A DNA stretch of 64,000 nt from Blepharisma stoltei ATCC 30299. Its lineage: Eukaryota > Protista > Ciliophora. The stretch is taken from NCBI GenBank assembly GCA_965603825.1, contig CBFDEM010000023.1, forward strand, positions 186,001 to 250,000. The letters are read 5' to 3'. Position 1 is the stretch's first letter, and every line of letters starts with the position of its first letter. The position numbers and the translations under genes are program-made. The notes under the pieces were generated by a model, which searched no databases, was not told where the DNA came from, and saw only the letters and a list, made by a program, of their open reading frames with translations. Below, piece after piece: positions 1 to 11,769 of the stretch.

Positions 1-151
1 CTGGACCTTGGAAATCTTTTTTTGTGAACATTGAGGTGAATCTTTCGTCAAGCTTGACTTTTTGGTCTTCAGGCTTTTGGGTGCGGAATCGAGGATCGGT
101 ATGAATTTTGGAAAATCGAGAGTCTTTGATATGGCTATCTTTTTTGCCCAT
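1..151 (-). CDS. ESF1: Pre-rRNA processing protein ESF1 homolog, N-terminal part (runs off the window)
   Basis: ATG at 151 gives MGKKDSHIKDSRFSKIHTDPRFRTQKPEDQKVKLDERFTSMF, matching the ESF1 N-terminal DxRF..(T)DPRF...KVKLDxRFxxMF motif. Confidence 0.75.
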   Translation of the reverse strand, partial: MGKKDSHIKDSRFSKIHTDPRFRTQKPEDQKVKLDERFTSMFTKKDFQGP

Positions 152-1431
152 TTTTATAATATAAATATGCTTTAGTTTAGGATAAATGCGATTTTAATCA
201 AGATTGAATTTGTTAATATAGCTTCTATTTTCCTAATGCTAATTATCTTGATATCTCGAACATTCTACTGAATAAAAATTTAGGAAAAAATTGAGTTAAT
301 GCAAAAGTATTGATTAAAAACCTTCATGATAGCCTATTCATATCTCTGAAACCATTTTAAGTAGCTTTACTGCAAATCTGTATCTCAAAATGTTATCGGA
401 AATGCTTGGCATTTTAGCTATTATATAAAAAATTCTAATATTGCAGTTTTTCATATAATAACTCTAAGAAACGGCTATGATGCTCATTGTGACTCATTAT
501 TGTGCCAAGGCTTGATTATTTATGCTATTAGCAGAGCTGGGAGAAGAGAACCGGCGCGAACTGACAATTAGCCAATGAAGAATGATAGAGTTAATATAAA
601 GGCTCATTCAGAATATCACAAATAGCGTCTCTGCAATTCTAACTAATAATTAAGTTAGAGGCTTGAGGCAACGCAGCTTGATGAGATTTCTATTGTCTTT
701 CTGATTTCTCATCTTGAAGAAAATACCTCATTGATATCAAAACTGATTATTCTCTAAATAAAATCATCTTATTCCCTAGTAAGGATATTTATATTATAGT
801 TAGAATGATATATATTTCATAATAAATATTTACCCTTTTGATTAATAAAATTGTTCTATATCCAAAAATGGCTTCATTGCTATTTTATTATTTTGATTTA
901 TTCTTTATAAATGATTTTTGATCACTTGCAAATTTTTATATGTTAGATTTCTCTAAGGTTTATTAATATAATTATAGACTATTGATTCTTATAAAATTGC
1001 TGCCTCAATAAAGTGTATTCTTCACTATTTAGCATTTTGATCCTATTTCCTGATGCATCTCAGGAGTTGAATAAATTGACTAAGTTGTTTAAATAACTCT
1101 AAAAATCTGCAATATATGCTAGATTTACTACTTAGAGAGTTGCTTCGATCGAAATAAGTTGGGATGACAAAATTTCTCTGAAACTGCCCAAAAATTAAAT
1201 TTCAATTTGCTTTTATTAAACCATAATTATCTTCCCTAAGCATTTGATATTCAAATTTTCTATAAAAATTTAACAATATGTGCGAAATGATTATTGATTT
1301 CCACACTTAAAAGGAAAAACAGTTACCTTAATAAAATTCAAGCTTAATTTAAATTTTAACCTAAAGCATTTTTACTCTGATTTTATTTCCCACAAATTAT
1401 ATCTACTTATATCTAAGGGAGAAGAATAAAT

Positions 1432-2295
1432 ATGGACGTCAACGTTGTTCAACCAGGCAACTCCAGAATTTCTCGTGAAAGAAGGAAGATCCAATACAAT
1501 TCGATAATGCTTTTGATATTATTTGTTATACCTATCCCACTAGCATTCATTATTGTAGATCCTGCTTACATTTTAGTGGGTTTATATTGGGCTATTTATT
1601 CCATTCCATATGTGCTAATAGGAATTTATGGGCTTGCAGTGTCAAAAACTGACAAAAGTTCTTTATTGAGTGCTTACTCTGTGCTTCTTGTCATCTTTAT
1701 AGGTTACTGCATATTCAATTTGGTGTTTGACATTCTTCTTTTTATTTCGTTCTTTTTCCTGATTGGCTTTGCAGGAGTTAGCATATTTTTCTGTATTATG
1801 GTGGTCTATTATATATATTCAATATTGTATGCAAGAAAATCTGTGTTCGATTCGAGAAGATTAAAGGAATCCTTAGATATTGGATTTCCAATTCAAGACC
1901 CAATAATTGTAGGAGATTATTCAATGCAGCAGCAATATGTACAAGCACAACCTAATTATGGACAAGGATATCAACAGCCTTATCCTGGGTATTGAAATCA
2001 ACAATATAATTCGGGATATAATAATCCTCAGTTCAATCAAGGATATGGTAATCCTCAATATAACCCGGGAGCTAATAACCCAGCTTATAGAAATCCTGGA
2101 AATGCCCCTGGGTTTGTTAATCCAGCCCCTATTAGCTCTGGATTAAATTATACAGGAAATAATCCTAATAATAGTCCTGGATCAAATTTTACTGGAAATA
2201 ATTCTGCTAACAACCCTGAAGTAAGCAGCACTGGAAATAATCCGGCTAATAGTCCTGGATTAGCAAGCTCTGGAAGTAACCCTTCTAACATTTAA
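1432..2295 (+). CDS. 4-TM membrane protein with a long Q/N/G/P/Y low-complexity tail (287 aa, TGA=Trp at 1993)
   Basis: ORF reads through TGA 1993-1995 in the same low-complexity composition (YPGYWNQQYNSGYNNPQ...) to TAA 2293-2295; four hydrophobic segments. Confidence 0.8.
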
Positions 2296-2794
2296 ACCAT
2301 TTAATCTTTCTACATGTGAAAAAATTATTAAATGCACTGATTATTTTTAAAATAAATAAATAATTCTCTTAATACATTTTCAAGTGTTTATTTTTTTATT
2401 AAAATTTAATTAGCAACTAAAATTTTTGGTTATTCTGCTTTTTTTTAAAATCATATACCATGCATTTCTGTTAAAATTATCCTCTCTCATCAGATTAATT
2501 TAATTAAGGAATAGAATTCATATAAAAATCATTTAATAAGCTTTAGCTTTTAGTTTTTGAGAGAAAATCATTATAAATTTCTGAAAATCCAGACCATACT
2601 TTAAGATAAAATTGTTTAAATTTATATGAGTTTTAAAGCAGCAAAAGCACTATTATTGTGATATATAACTTAACAATATATCCCAGGATATAGAAGCTCT
2701 CATTTAAATAAGTATATCGCGATCCTTCGTATAATTTAATTAATTAATAATTATCTAATCGTGCTACATCCTAATTAATATCTTATTTATAATT

Positions 2795-4204
2795 TTAATT
2801 AATAGCTAAAGTTTTCGATAAATCTTCCTGCTCATTTGCAGACTCAAGTCTACTAGAGTCATAAATTTTAGCAGTAAACAGATGCTGACCATTTTTTCTG
2901 TCCCAAACCCAAAGCATAGATGCAGTAGTAACCCCAATCACAGCTACAATTATAAAGAAAAGCGACACATATGTGTAGCCATATTGATGCTCTGTTTTAT
3001 AGTGTATTGCTCCAACTATAATAGGTCCTATAGTCATCCCAGTATTCTGGGCCGCCGTCACAATCCCAAATCCAGTTCCTGCTGCATATGAATCTACCAA
3101 AAATGGGATCGACCCTCACATAGTAGATCCATATATTGAATATCCCATACCCAAAATTATCAAATTTAGCCCTCCTCATATACATTTATCACAATCAGGC
3201 AATAAAATAAAAATTACATGGACTATCAGCATCATCAATGCAGACGAAAAAATCCAATAAATATGTCTACCTAGCCTATCAGCTAAAATCCCAAAAATTG
3301 GACTAAATAAAGCAGCTACAATATATGTGATACTTATAAAATACCCAGCTTCAATAGAACTGAAATTAAATCTCGTCTGAAAATATAAGCTTGCAATTGA
3401 ATTAAAAGTTAAAACACATATATAAACTACCAAGCAGTTGCCGGAAAGCATCCAAAAGCCAAAATTGAAGGATTTTATGTCAGAAATTTTGATTTTTTCA
3501 CTGGATTTTTTCTTAGATGGGCCAAGTAAAGTGTCTTTGTGAATATCCATAAAAATTAAAAAAAGGCCTAGTATTAGTGACAAAATACATAAAAATAGCC
3601 CAAATCAAAGACCAAAAACGACTGAGCCAGTTGAAGAGTAAAATTGAGGCTCAAGGATGTTATTTATTACGCTTCCCAAACGACCGATGCTTATAGTCAT
3701 TCCGTAAGCCATTGATAGCTCTTTTCCGGTAAATCATTCAGCCAGAATTGTTCCTTGGACTACGCATAAGTTTTCTCCTCCAAGTCCAAATATAAATCTT
3801 CCCAAAACTGCTATTGGGAATGATTCTATTGTGATAGCTAAAGCGAAAATTGCTTGCCCAAAGCAAACTAATAAAGAAAATATAAAAACTGCGAGTCTTG
3901 AACCAAAAGTATCACTTAAAAATCCACCGAAAAAAGGTAAAATCATATTTGGGAAAGAATAAACTGAATAAAACCAGTTGAATTCGAAAGAGTTTATGTG
4001 TAAACGCTAATTGTCAAATACATCCATAATTTCTGGTTGGAGAACTGAAGGAGTGTCATAAGCAAAGTAATTTCCTAAGCACAAAGTGCAGTCAAAGAAA
4101 AGAAACAAATATCTTCATTTAGTTTGAGTTAAGTCGTGAATTGGCACAAGTTTTGGCTGAATTTCAATTGTGAGTTGTTGACTTTCTGAGTCTTCATTTG
4201 CCAT
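2795..4204 (-). CDS. MFS transporter, MFSD1-like (464 aa; one 15-nt intron; several TGA=Trp)
   Basis: Motifs LGNYFAYDTP, FYSVYSFPNMILPFFGGFLSD, GRFIFGLGGE and LAEWFTGKELSMA; ORF-track fragments join in frame through TGA and intron 4007-4021. Confidence 0.85.
4007..4021 (-). other. 15-nt spliceosomal intron GTATTTGACAATTAG
   Basis: GT-AG, A at -6, carries an in-frame TAG; removal restores the MFS frame. Confidence 0.85.
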
Positions 4205-4574
4205 TTATTTTTCACAATTTTAAATTTTCAATCAAATTTTATTATAATTAATAATCTTATAGTTACTCCTACAACTTTCTTTGTCAGATTTGTTTTAATA
4301 TAAGAATTTTTTCAAAGTGCCCTAAAGGACAGAGATGGCTCAGAGGTAAGGCTTCTTTGATATATTTCTCTCTGAAGATGGGTGCTGCAGTGCAATATTT
4401 TCATGCCACAAAAAATTTTATATATCTCAAAAGTATCCAGTATGGTTTTATAAAATTTTACCAGAGTAAATAGAAATATCTAGCCTTTTATTAGTCGAGA
4501 TAAAATATGTATTAAAATCTATTTATAGTTATAAATATTATGGGCATTTTAATCTAAATAATAATATTTTTATT

Positions 4575-5355
4575 TTAAGTCATTTCAATGCTGTCAGGGG
4601 CAACAGGATTATAAGAGTAGTAATTTTGAGCTTTATTTTGAGGATTATTCAGAGGCATATTCTGGGGATTATTCAGAGGAATATTTTGAGGATAGTTTTG
4701 AGGGAACTGCTGAGGAAAACCCTGAGGAATCTGCTGAGGATAACCCTGGATCTGTTGAGGATAATTCTGAGTAATCTGTTGAGGGTAATTCTGATTAATC
4801 TGCTGAGGACGCTTACTAACTTCTATTACAGTATTACCAACCTCTATTACAGTTGATGGGGCGAACTGATTATTATTAGTTGCTAATATTACTGTCCTGC
4901 CTGGGCCCTGGAAATATTGGGCCCTTCTTAATATTTGCATGCTTATTTGCGAAAACCCATAAAGCAAACACTGAGCCTGCATACGCTAAACCAATAAGTG
5001 AGCCTACAACTGGATCCTCACAATTCCTTTTACAATTTCCAAGTACAGCAAAAAAATATATAATTGCCCAAATAATATTTATTATGACAAGGATAAGCGT
5101 GCATTTCAGGTAGCAAGAATAGCAGTTTGTATAAGACATTTCGTTTGATGAGGCAAGGAATCCTAAAATGGCTGAAATGAGGTAGGGAAAGTACCAAGTT
5201 ATGGCGGTAAAGATTAAATCAGGAGGACTTTGCACAATAATTACTAAAGTAACTGGAAGAAAATACATAGTTAAAAATAGCCCTGCATCGTGTTTTACAC
5301 TCCTTTTTGCAACTTCTATATCATAGTTGTTAAAAACAGACGATGATAGATCCAT
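4575..5355 (-). pseudogene. 4-TM family paralog frameshifted by a 17-nt deletion; PQQ-repeat tail is out of frame
   Basis: N-terminal ORF 5355-4876 and C-terminal ORF (LRRAQYFQ...PQQI repeats) are each collinear with the paralogs at 8934-9566 and 10201-10845; deletion at ~4933. Confidence 0.75.
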
Positions 5356-5767
5356 TTATTTATTATAATTGACGTGGTGTTCATATGATTACTTGCTATT
5401 TTATAAAAGAAGTTAAAAAATACATAAATGAGAAGAATTATTTCAGCACTTGATTTCTTAATTTGATGCTTCAATTCTATTTAAAAAATGTAGGAAATTT
5501 TAATTTTCTCTAGAAATATGAGAATTAAAATAGATTAATAAAAATTATGCAACAATTTTGAATCAGCTTATATCACTCGAAAAATTGCAAATGAATTCAC
5601 TATAACAGAAGCAATAAGTATTGTAATATAAGAAAACTAGGCCAAATCTTCTTTAACTTATTATTTTTATCAATTAGAGTATTAAATCATAACTAATATG
5701 TCCAGCTATTTTTGAAATAGCTAAATAATGATATCAAAAATTATTAGAATTTAGAAGTGCAAAACGC

Positions 5768-6674
5768 GGAAAGCAGATTTTATTATTATTATTATGAGTG
5801 GTATCGCGCCCTAGGCGCCTTTAATTTTTATTTCCAAATTTCTTCTTTCAAATTCCTCCACTTATCATCAATTTTCCTGAATTTCTTAAATTTATACCAT
5901 TTCTTGAATTTACGTCGATTTTCCTTAATTTCTTTTTTTAGTTTTTCTTCAAATATTCATTTTTCCTCAGTTATTTTTAGTCTTTCCGCTGAAACTACAC
6001 ATTCTTTTTTGAGGCAGAATTTTCTTCTCAACTGATCCTGAGTCTTATCTTCAGAACATTTGCTTTTATAAAATTTCTTCTCTCTTTGTGCTTTTCGATT
6101 TATTTTCTTTTTATTTCCATATATATTTTTGAATTCCTTCATATTGCTTTTTTCGCGGCAAAACTTTCCCATGAGCTGAGCCTGAGTTCTGTCTCCAAAG
6201 CGCTTCTTTTCATCAAATTTCGCCTCTTTTTGTTCTTTTTCATCTATTTTCTTTTTATTTTTATTTTTATCCTCTTCATCTTCATATCCTTTTTCTCCAT
6301 AGTCTCATTCCACACAGTCTTCACATCCAGTGCCCTCATCTGTGTGACATAAGTCTTGTGTTACGGCAAAAAGGGTATCAGCAAATTCTGAGTCTTCAAT
6401 TTCATAATCTTCATCTTCATAATATCATTCTGAGCAGTCTTTATTTTCCCTCTCAACCCTATCACACCCTCTGCACGCAAAATCTCCATCAATTAACAGA
6501 GAGAAGGCTAGATCGACATCTCCTCTGCATAGATTTAGCGCTTCCACTGCATTTTCCATGTCAAAGCCTAAATTTGCAAGCGCTACTGCTTTTTCCAAGT
6601 TGGCATCATCCTCGACCATTTTGCCTAAGAAAAAGATGAAAATTGAAAATCCGTAATATGGAAAGCAGATTTTA
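5768..6674 (-). mobile_element. Putative retroposed / non-autonomous non-LTR cassette (~877 bp) with a 15-bp target-site duplication
   Basis: GGAAAGCAGATTTTA at 5768-5782 and 6660-6674; (TAA)5 tail on the minus strand at 5780-5794; GCGCC-CTA-GGCGC hairpin at 5806-5818; single intronless ORF inside. Confidence 0.6.
5828..6619 (-). CDS. UBA-like domain protein with an acidic/Cys middle and a Lys-rich basic C-terminus (263 aa, TGA=Trp)
   Basis: AVALANLGFDMENAVEALNLCRGDVDLAFSLL is a UBA signature; frame is open from ATG 6619 to TAA 5830-5828 when TGA is read as Trp. Confidence 0.7.
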
Positions 6675-6958
6675 AATTTCTAATAAAATGTAGTTTAATA
6701 TTTTTTATAAATTGATGATAAGTTAACCAAACCCGTTTTTATTGATTCTTTTAACTCATTTAACACCTTTATCAGTCTTCTCAGCGCATTTTCTTTTCAA
6801 ATCTTCCTGTTCCATAAGTTCTTTAAGTTCCGCACTGGTTAAATGGTAATTTTTAAGCAAAAGTCACCTCTTAAAGTTGATTTATATGATGACATTGAAT
6901 ATGTCTACACCTGCAGTTAATGCTAGTGATGCTTGTGATACTAGTGCTGTTAATTTGG

Positions 6959-7238
6959 TAGTGTTGCTAGTGTTGCTAGTGTTGCTAGTGTTGCTAGTGT
7001 TGCTAGTGTTGCTAGTGTTGCTAGTGATGCTAGTATGCTAGTTTGGTAGTATTGCTAGTGTTGCTAGTGTTGCTAGTGTTGCTAGTGTTGCTAGTGTTGC
7101 TAGTGTTGCTAGTGTTGCTAGTGTTGCTAGTGTTGCTAGTGTTACTAGTGTTGCTAGTGTTGCTAGTGTTGCTAGTGTTGCTAGTGTTGCTAGTGTTGCT
7201 AGTGTTGCTAGTGTTGCTAGTGTTGCTAGTTTTGCTAG
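6959..7238. repeat. 9-bp minisatellite (GTGTTGCTA)n, about 28-30 copies in two blocks
   Basis: Directly visible tandem array with a short degenerate interruption near 7025-7052. Confidence 0.95.
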
Positions 7239-7352
7239 AATTACTGATGGTGCTAGCTCTTGATAAAATTGCCAATATTGCTGATGGTGCAAGTGTTGCT
7301 AGTGCTGCTATTATACTGAAAAGGAACTTTATATGAGGAAAGTAATAATTGT

Positions 7353-8120
7353 CTATGTTTTTGTAGAATATTTCAAGAGAGAACGATTTCCTGGAATTAA
7401 AAGGTTCCCATTGAATACTATGTTATGATATAGCTCAGTTTGAGGTGTCGGTGATAATTTAATCCACCGATACTCATCCAAATCAAATCTACTCGAATAA
7501 TTTAAATGATAGCTCATATAATTTCCTCCAAAGCAGTAGATAGATCTATTGAAATAAATAGCTGATTGGTAATAATGAGATACTCTATGAGGCAGCTCTT
7601 GAACTTGGTAATTTCTATCAATGATAATAGCTTGAAAAGAACTGTTGGATACATTATAGCAGAGCATTTCACCGTTTGGAAGCAAAGCAATGCGTGATCT
7701 ATATAATTTGTTTGAAATTTTCAACGCTTTTGTTTCTTCTCTTTCACTTTCAGTGTCATAAATGTATAAGTTGTTAGTAAATCTATCAATTTGATAAAGA
7801 GTAGTAATTTGGTGATAAGCTTTAACATATTCTTCATAAGCTTGACTCAGGCATGGATCAGCTGTGTTTTTCTGATTTTCATATAATGAGTAGATTTTCC
7901 TGAATTCTTGCTCTACATGTGCAGTATTTGGCATGCTTAAGATAGCAGATGCTTTAATTCTTAGCTGTTGGGGGTTTAACAATTGGTTAGATTTATTTTG
8001 GTTGAACTGATTTTTAGCATCATTTATCTCATTATAAAGAGCTTCTTCAGTAGGATTTAGCTGAGAATTAAGCAACTTGAGATAATTAGGGGCTTTTGTA
8101 TCCATATTATAAAATCCCAT
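7353..8120 (-). CDS. Kelch-like beta-propeller family protein, C-terminally truncated (possibly a pseudogene)
   Basis: SAIYFNRSIYCFGG and RFDLDEYRWIKLSPTP Kelch-type motifs; stops about 90 aa earlier than the paralogs at 18-21 kb, next to the minisatellite. Confidence 0.65.
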   Translation of the reverse strand: MGFYNMDTKAPNYLKLLNSQLNPTEEALYNEINDAKNQFNQNKSNQLLNPQQLRIKASAILSMPNTAHVEQEFRKIYSLYENQKNTADPCLSQAYEEYVKAYHQITTLYQIDRFTNNLYIYDTESEREETKALKISNKLYRSRIALLPNGEMLCYNVSNSSFQAIIIDRNYQVQELPHRVSHYYQSAIYFNRSIYCFGGNYMSYHLNYSSRFDLDEYRWIKLSPTPQTELYHNIVFNGNLLIPGNRSLLKYSTKT

Positions 8121-8933
8121 TAAATTTCCTATACTTTTATTTTTCTGAATAATTGATGTGTTTTCCTAAAAAAATTGGATTTTTAATAGTTTAGCTCACT
8201 TTCGTAGTTGAGTTAGAAATATTATTTTATCATGCTATCTCCTATTTTTTAAAATATTATATAAATTTTATTTTTGCAATAACTTGAATGCTATCAAAGT
8301 TAGTTTATCCTTAAGTTTAATGTAATTAGCTGAATTTCACTATTATTATTATCTTTTTATCAAATTCTTTTATAAATAAATATTTATGTAAACTTATAAC
8401 TTTGACTTATAGCAGAATTTCTGCAATCCTCTTATTTTAACAAAAACAAATACAGACATTTAACAAACCACTTAATCATCACTAGAATAGCAAATCTTAA
8501 TTATCACAGTATCAAAAACAACAAAAAATCCAATCACAACTGCCCCAGATTTGATAGCAGCTCTAACAACGACAGAATCTGAACTTTCAAGAATTTTAAT
8601 GTATACCGATTTTCACATTCCTGCCCATCAAAATGTCCTTTATTGCTTCCATGCTATCTTCTATTTTTCCGCAATCTTCTACAAACTCTCCACAGCTTTC
8701 GGCACCCTTCACTTCTGCTTAACTATTTCGTTTGTTGTTTGGCATAATGCATCTGCATTTAAATAAAAATAAAATATTTATGTAAAATATATTTTAATCA
8801 CTAAAAAGAGGGTTAATTTCAAAAATTAAGAATTTTCTAATGGTTCTTGCTAACCAAGAGGCGTAAAAGTTTAACACTCTAATTAATTACTACTTAAAAT
8901 AATTATTCTATAATCTGAAAGAGAAAAGATATC

Positions 8934-9566
8934 TTAAGCTATTACAATGTTGTCAGGATAATATTGAGCATAATGCTGAGGATATTTACCAATTTCTATT
9001 CCAGATGCAGGGAAGAACTGGCCATTAGTAGATAATCCTCCTGTCATATTTGGATTTTGGAAATACTGGACTTTTCTTGATATTAAGTCTTTTAAGCTAT
9101 TTGCATGCTTGTTTGCAAAACACCATAAAATAATCGCTGAAACTGAGTATACTAAGCATAGAAATGCTAAAAAAAATAAAAGCACAACTATGGAAATATC
9201 AGCCGCCATCCTTCCCCCGGACTGGTCTCTACTCACTGCAAATAGCAGAAAAATAAAAATCAATACAACTATTGTAGTGCCTGTAATGATGTATATTAAA
9301 GTGCACTTTAGCATTCCAGAATAGCAGTTTAGGTAACACATTTCTTTCGATGAGGCAAGAAATCCTAAGACAGCTGCAAGTCAGTAGGGAGAGTATATAA
9401 TAGAGATCCAAAAAATAAGCTCAATAGAGTATTTGTGGATACCTGTAAAAATAGTCAGGAGGTTTGGAATAAAATATAGCACTAAAAATAACCATGAGTC
9501 ACATTTTATACTTCTTTTTGCAGCCTCTATATCGTAGTTGTAAAAAGAAGATGAGGATGGATCCAT
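8934..9566 (-). CDS. 4-TM family membrane protein (210 aa, TGA=Trp at 9381)
   Basis: Two ORF-track pieces join in frame through TGA; clear paralog of 10201-10845. Confidence 0.8.
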
Positions 9567-10200
9567 TTAATTTAATTACTATTAAAATTTAGCTTTTAAA
9601 GAATTTTTTATGCAGCTGAATACATAAAAAGAATATTAAGTCAAATTTAATGCCCTTCCAAAAAGACCATAACTCTGTCACTTAGAATTACAGAAAAGAA
9701 AATTATAATGAGGCAAATAGCGATAAATTCCTAAGCCAGACAGGAAAGAACTCCAAACAGGTCAGAGGCTCAGTAGCTAAAATTAATAATTCTTAATCCT
9801 TAATGTATACTTTTGATATCTTATTTACGTTTTCTATTTATTTCTGATATAAGTTGTGAAATAAAAATGCATGGATTTGCGCAGAATGAGTTGATTATGC
9901 TCTTATTTGCATGAAAAAACATCAAAGCTTTCACTTAGTCCAAAAAATATCTTTTGCTTATAGAATTTCTTTGATTTAAACATTCTATAACTGATAAATC
10001 CTTCTTATTATCTGAATTATATATCGCTAGATAAGAATTTTGAGTATAACTCGATAATTATCTATTCAGAGAAATTTTAGTCTTGAATTGATAAAATTAG
10101 CCTATAAGTTTTAAATAAAAGTATATATATAAATTAATTGTTATATATATTTAATCGGCATTCAAATTTGAATAATAAATATTTTTTATTTAACTCTACT

Positions 10201-10845
10201 CTAATGCATTTCATAGCTTCCAGGATTATATTGAGGATAATACTGCGGAGAACTGCCAACTGGAATTCCAGGAACAGGCATAAACTGTGAGTTTGTTGTA
10301 ATGCCTCCAGTCATAAACGGATTTTGGAAATTTTCAGCTCTTCTTAATATTAAATCCTTCAAAGTATTTGCATGCTTATTTGCAAACCACCAAAGAATAA
10401 ACCCAAAAGAGGAGTAAACTAAATACAAAAATGATAGAATGACTACTAAAATCAATATGCCTTCCACAAAACCACATCTCTCTTCTTTAGATGGGTCGCA
10501 ATGAGAGGTTAAAGTTCCAATCAGCATAAAAAAGAAAGTCACCGTTGATATGCCAATGCTTAACGCGCAGTAGACAAATGTGCATTTCAGAAACCCTGAA
10601 TAGCAGTTTATGTAGGATTTTTCATTTTGAACGGTAAAAAACCCAAAAGTTCCTGTAAGTCCATAAGGAGAGTAATAAAGGGCAAACCAGAAAATTACTT
10701 CGATTGCTGCTTCTTTGTTTTCTATGCAGCATGCTATGGCAATTGGAATGAAAAATAGCACTAAAAATAAAATTGAGTCACATTTTATCCTTCTTTTTAC
10801 GATCTCTATGTCGTAATTGCCAAAAACAGATGAGGATGGATCCAT
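10201..10845 (-). CDS. 4-TM family membrane protein (214 aa)
   Basis: Intact ORF with four hydrophobic segments and a P/Q/Y-rich tail. Confidence 0.85.
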   Translation of the reverse strand: MDPSSSVFGNYDIEIVKRRIKCDSILFLVLFFIPIAIACCIENKEAAIEVIFWFALYYSPYGLTGTFGFFTVQNEKSYINCYSGFLKCTFVYCALSIGISTVTFFFMLIGTLTSHCDPSKEERCGFVEGILILVVILSFLYLVYSSFGFILWWFANKHANTLKDLILRRAENFQNPFMTGGITTNSQFMPVPGIPVGSSPQYYPQYNPGSYEMH

Positions 10846-11099
10846 TTATTTTTATTTATACAATTAAATTTTTATTACTCATAAAAAAGAATATCAGATG
10901 TTGATTGCACAAATATTTGAGAGCTAGATTTTTTTATTTCTTAATAATAATTATTTATCTAATCGCATCTAATAACATAAATTAAAAATATAGAACGACT
11001 CTTAATATATAAAAATTAATTTTCACAATTTTGCATAAACAATATTAATAGTAATGATAGAGATTAAATAAAATTTGCTTAAATTATTGATTTAACGAT

Positions 11100-11345
11100 T
11101 TAGAGCATTAGCCTCATCATTGATATTTCTAGCAAAAAATTGTGAATTATGGACTGCTGGCAATAATACTGGGGATTAGATGCTTTCTCTTTTTGGCTTT
11201 GAACAATTAAGGCTGTGTGCATTTGTTCTCCTGTCTCAGCATTGTAAATCGCTTGAGTGCTTGGGCTTATACTTGAAATCGTTGAGAGTAGTGAGTCCAT
11301 TATTCTTGATGCTTAGACAAGCATAAGGCCCATCCCTGCTCCACA
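11100..11345 (-). pseudogene. Probable 3' relic of a 4-TM family gene
   Basis: Fragmentary ...GAGWALCLS / MDSLLSTISSISP...NPQYYCQQ resembles the last TM plus tail of the family; no 5' part. Confidence 0.3.
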
Positions 11346-11477
11346 TTCGAAAAAAAAACCTATTTACACCATTTCTAACCTAATTTATAATTTACATTTA
11401 AAAAAATAAACTATGATTAGCAAGCTTATTTTTGTATTAAGTTTATGTGGATTATATGAAAAATAAGCTATTTAAAC

Positions 11478-11692
11478 AGGCGGCTCCATTGAAAAAGGCA
11501 AATACAGGGATTTAGTAATATGGTCTCATTATGAGCGAATTAAAATTAATGAAATTTATCCAGAAAATGAAGAAATATCTCCATTTTTAGGTCAGGAAAT
11601 TAATGGGAAAATTCACAATGTTTATGTTAGAGTAAAGTCGGCTATATTAAAAAGAATTTTTTATTCATAGAAAACAGAAGCTATGTTGCTAA
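11478..11692 (+). pseudogene. Degenerate 3' fragment of the allantoinase-like gene
   Basis: GSIEKGKYRDLVIWS...EEISPFLGQEINGKIH matches 36000-36217, with frameshifts. Confidence 0.85.
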
Positions 11693-11769
11693 TTCAATTG
11701 ATAATTTTACCCGTCATAATTTTTAATAATAATTATAATTAGTCAAAAATACTTAAAAAATAATTAATT

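Noticed and set aside
470-720. Slightly GC-richer patch with a 40-codon ORF
   Set aside because: No recognisable motif or boundaries
6959-7336. ORF-track proteins (SNT)n, (LAT)n and (LVL)n; possible CRISPR or telomere array
   Set aside because: These are by-products of a 9-bp minisatellite. There are no spacers, and the unit does not match the heterotrich telomere repeat CCCTAACA
8460-8766. Coding-like patch and 71-aa ORF
   Set aside because: Stops occur in the plausible minus-strand frames and no family is recognisable; at most a decayed relic
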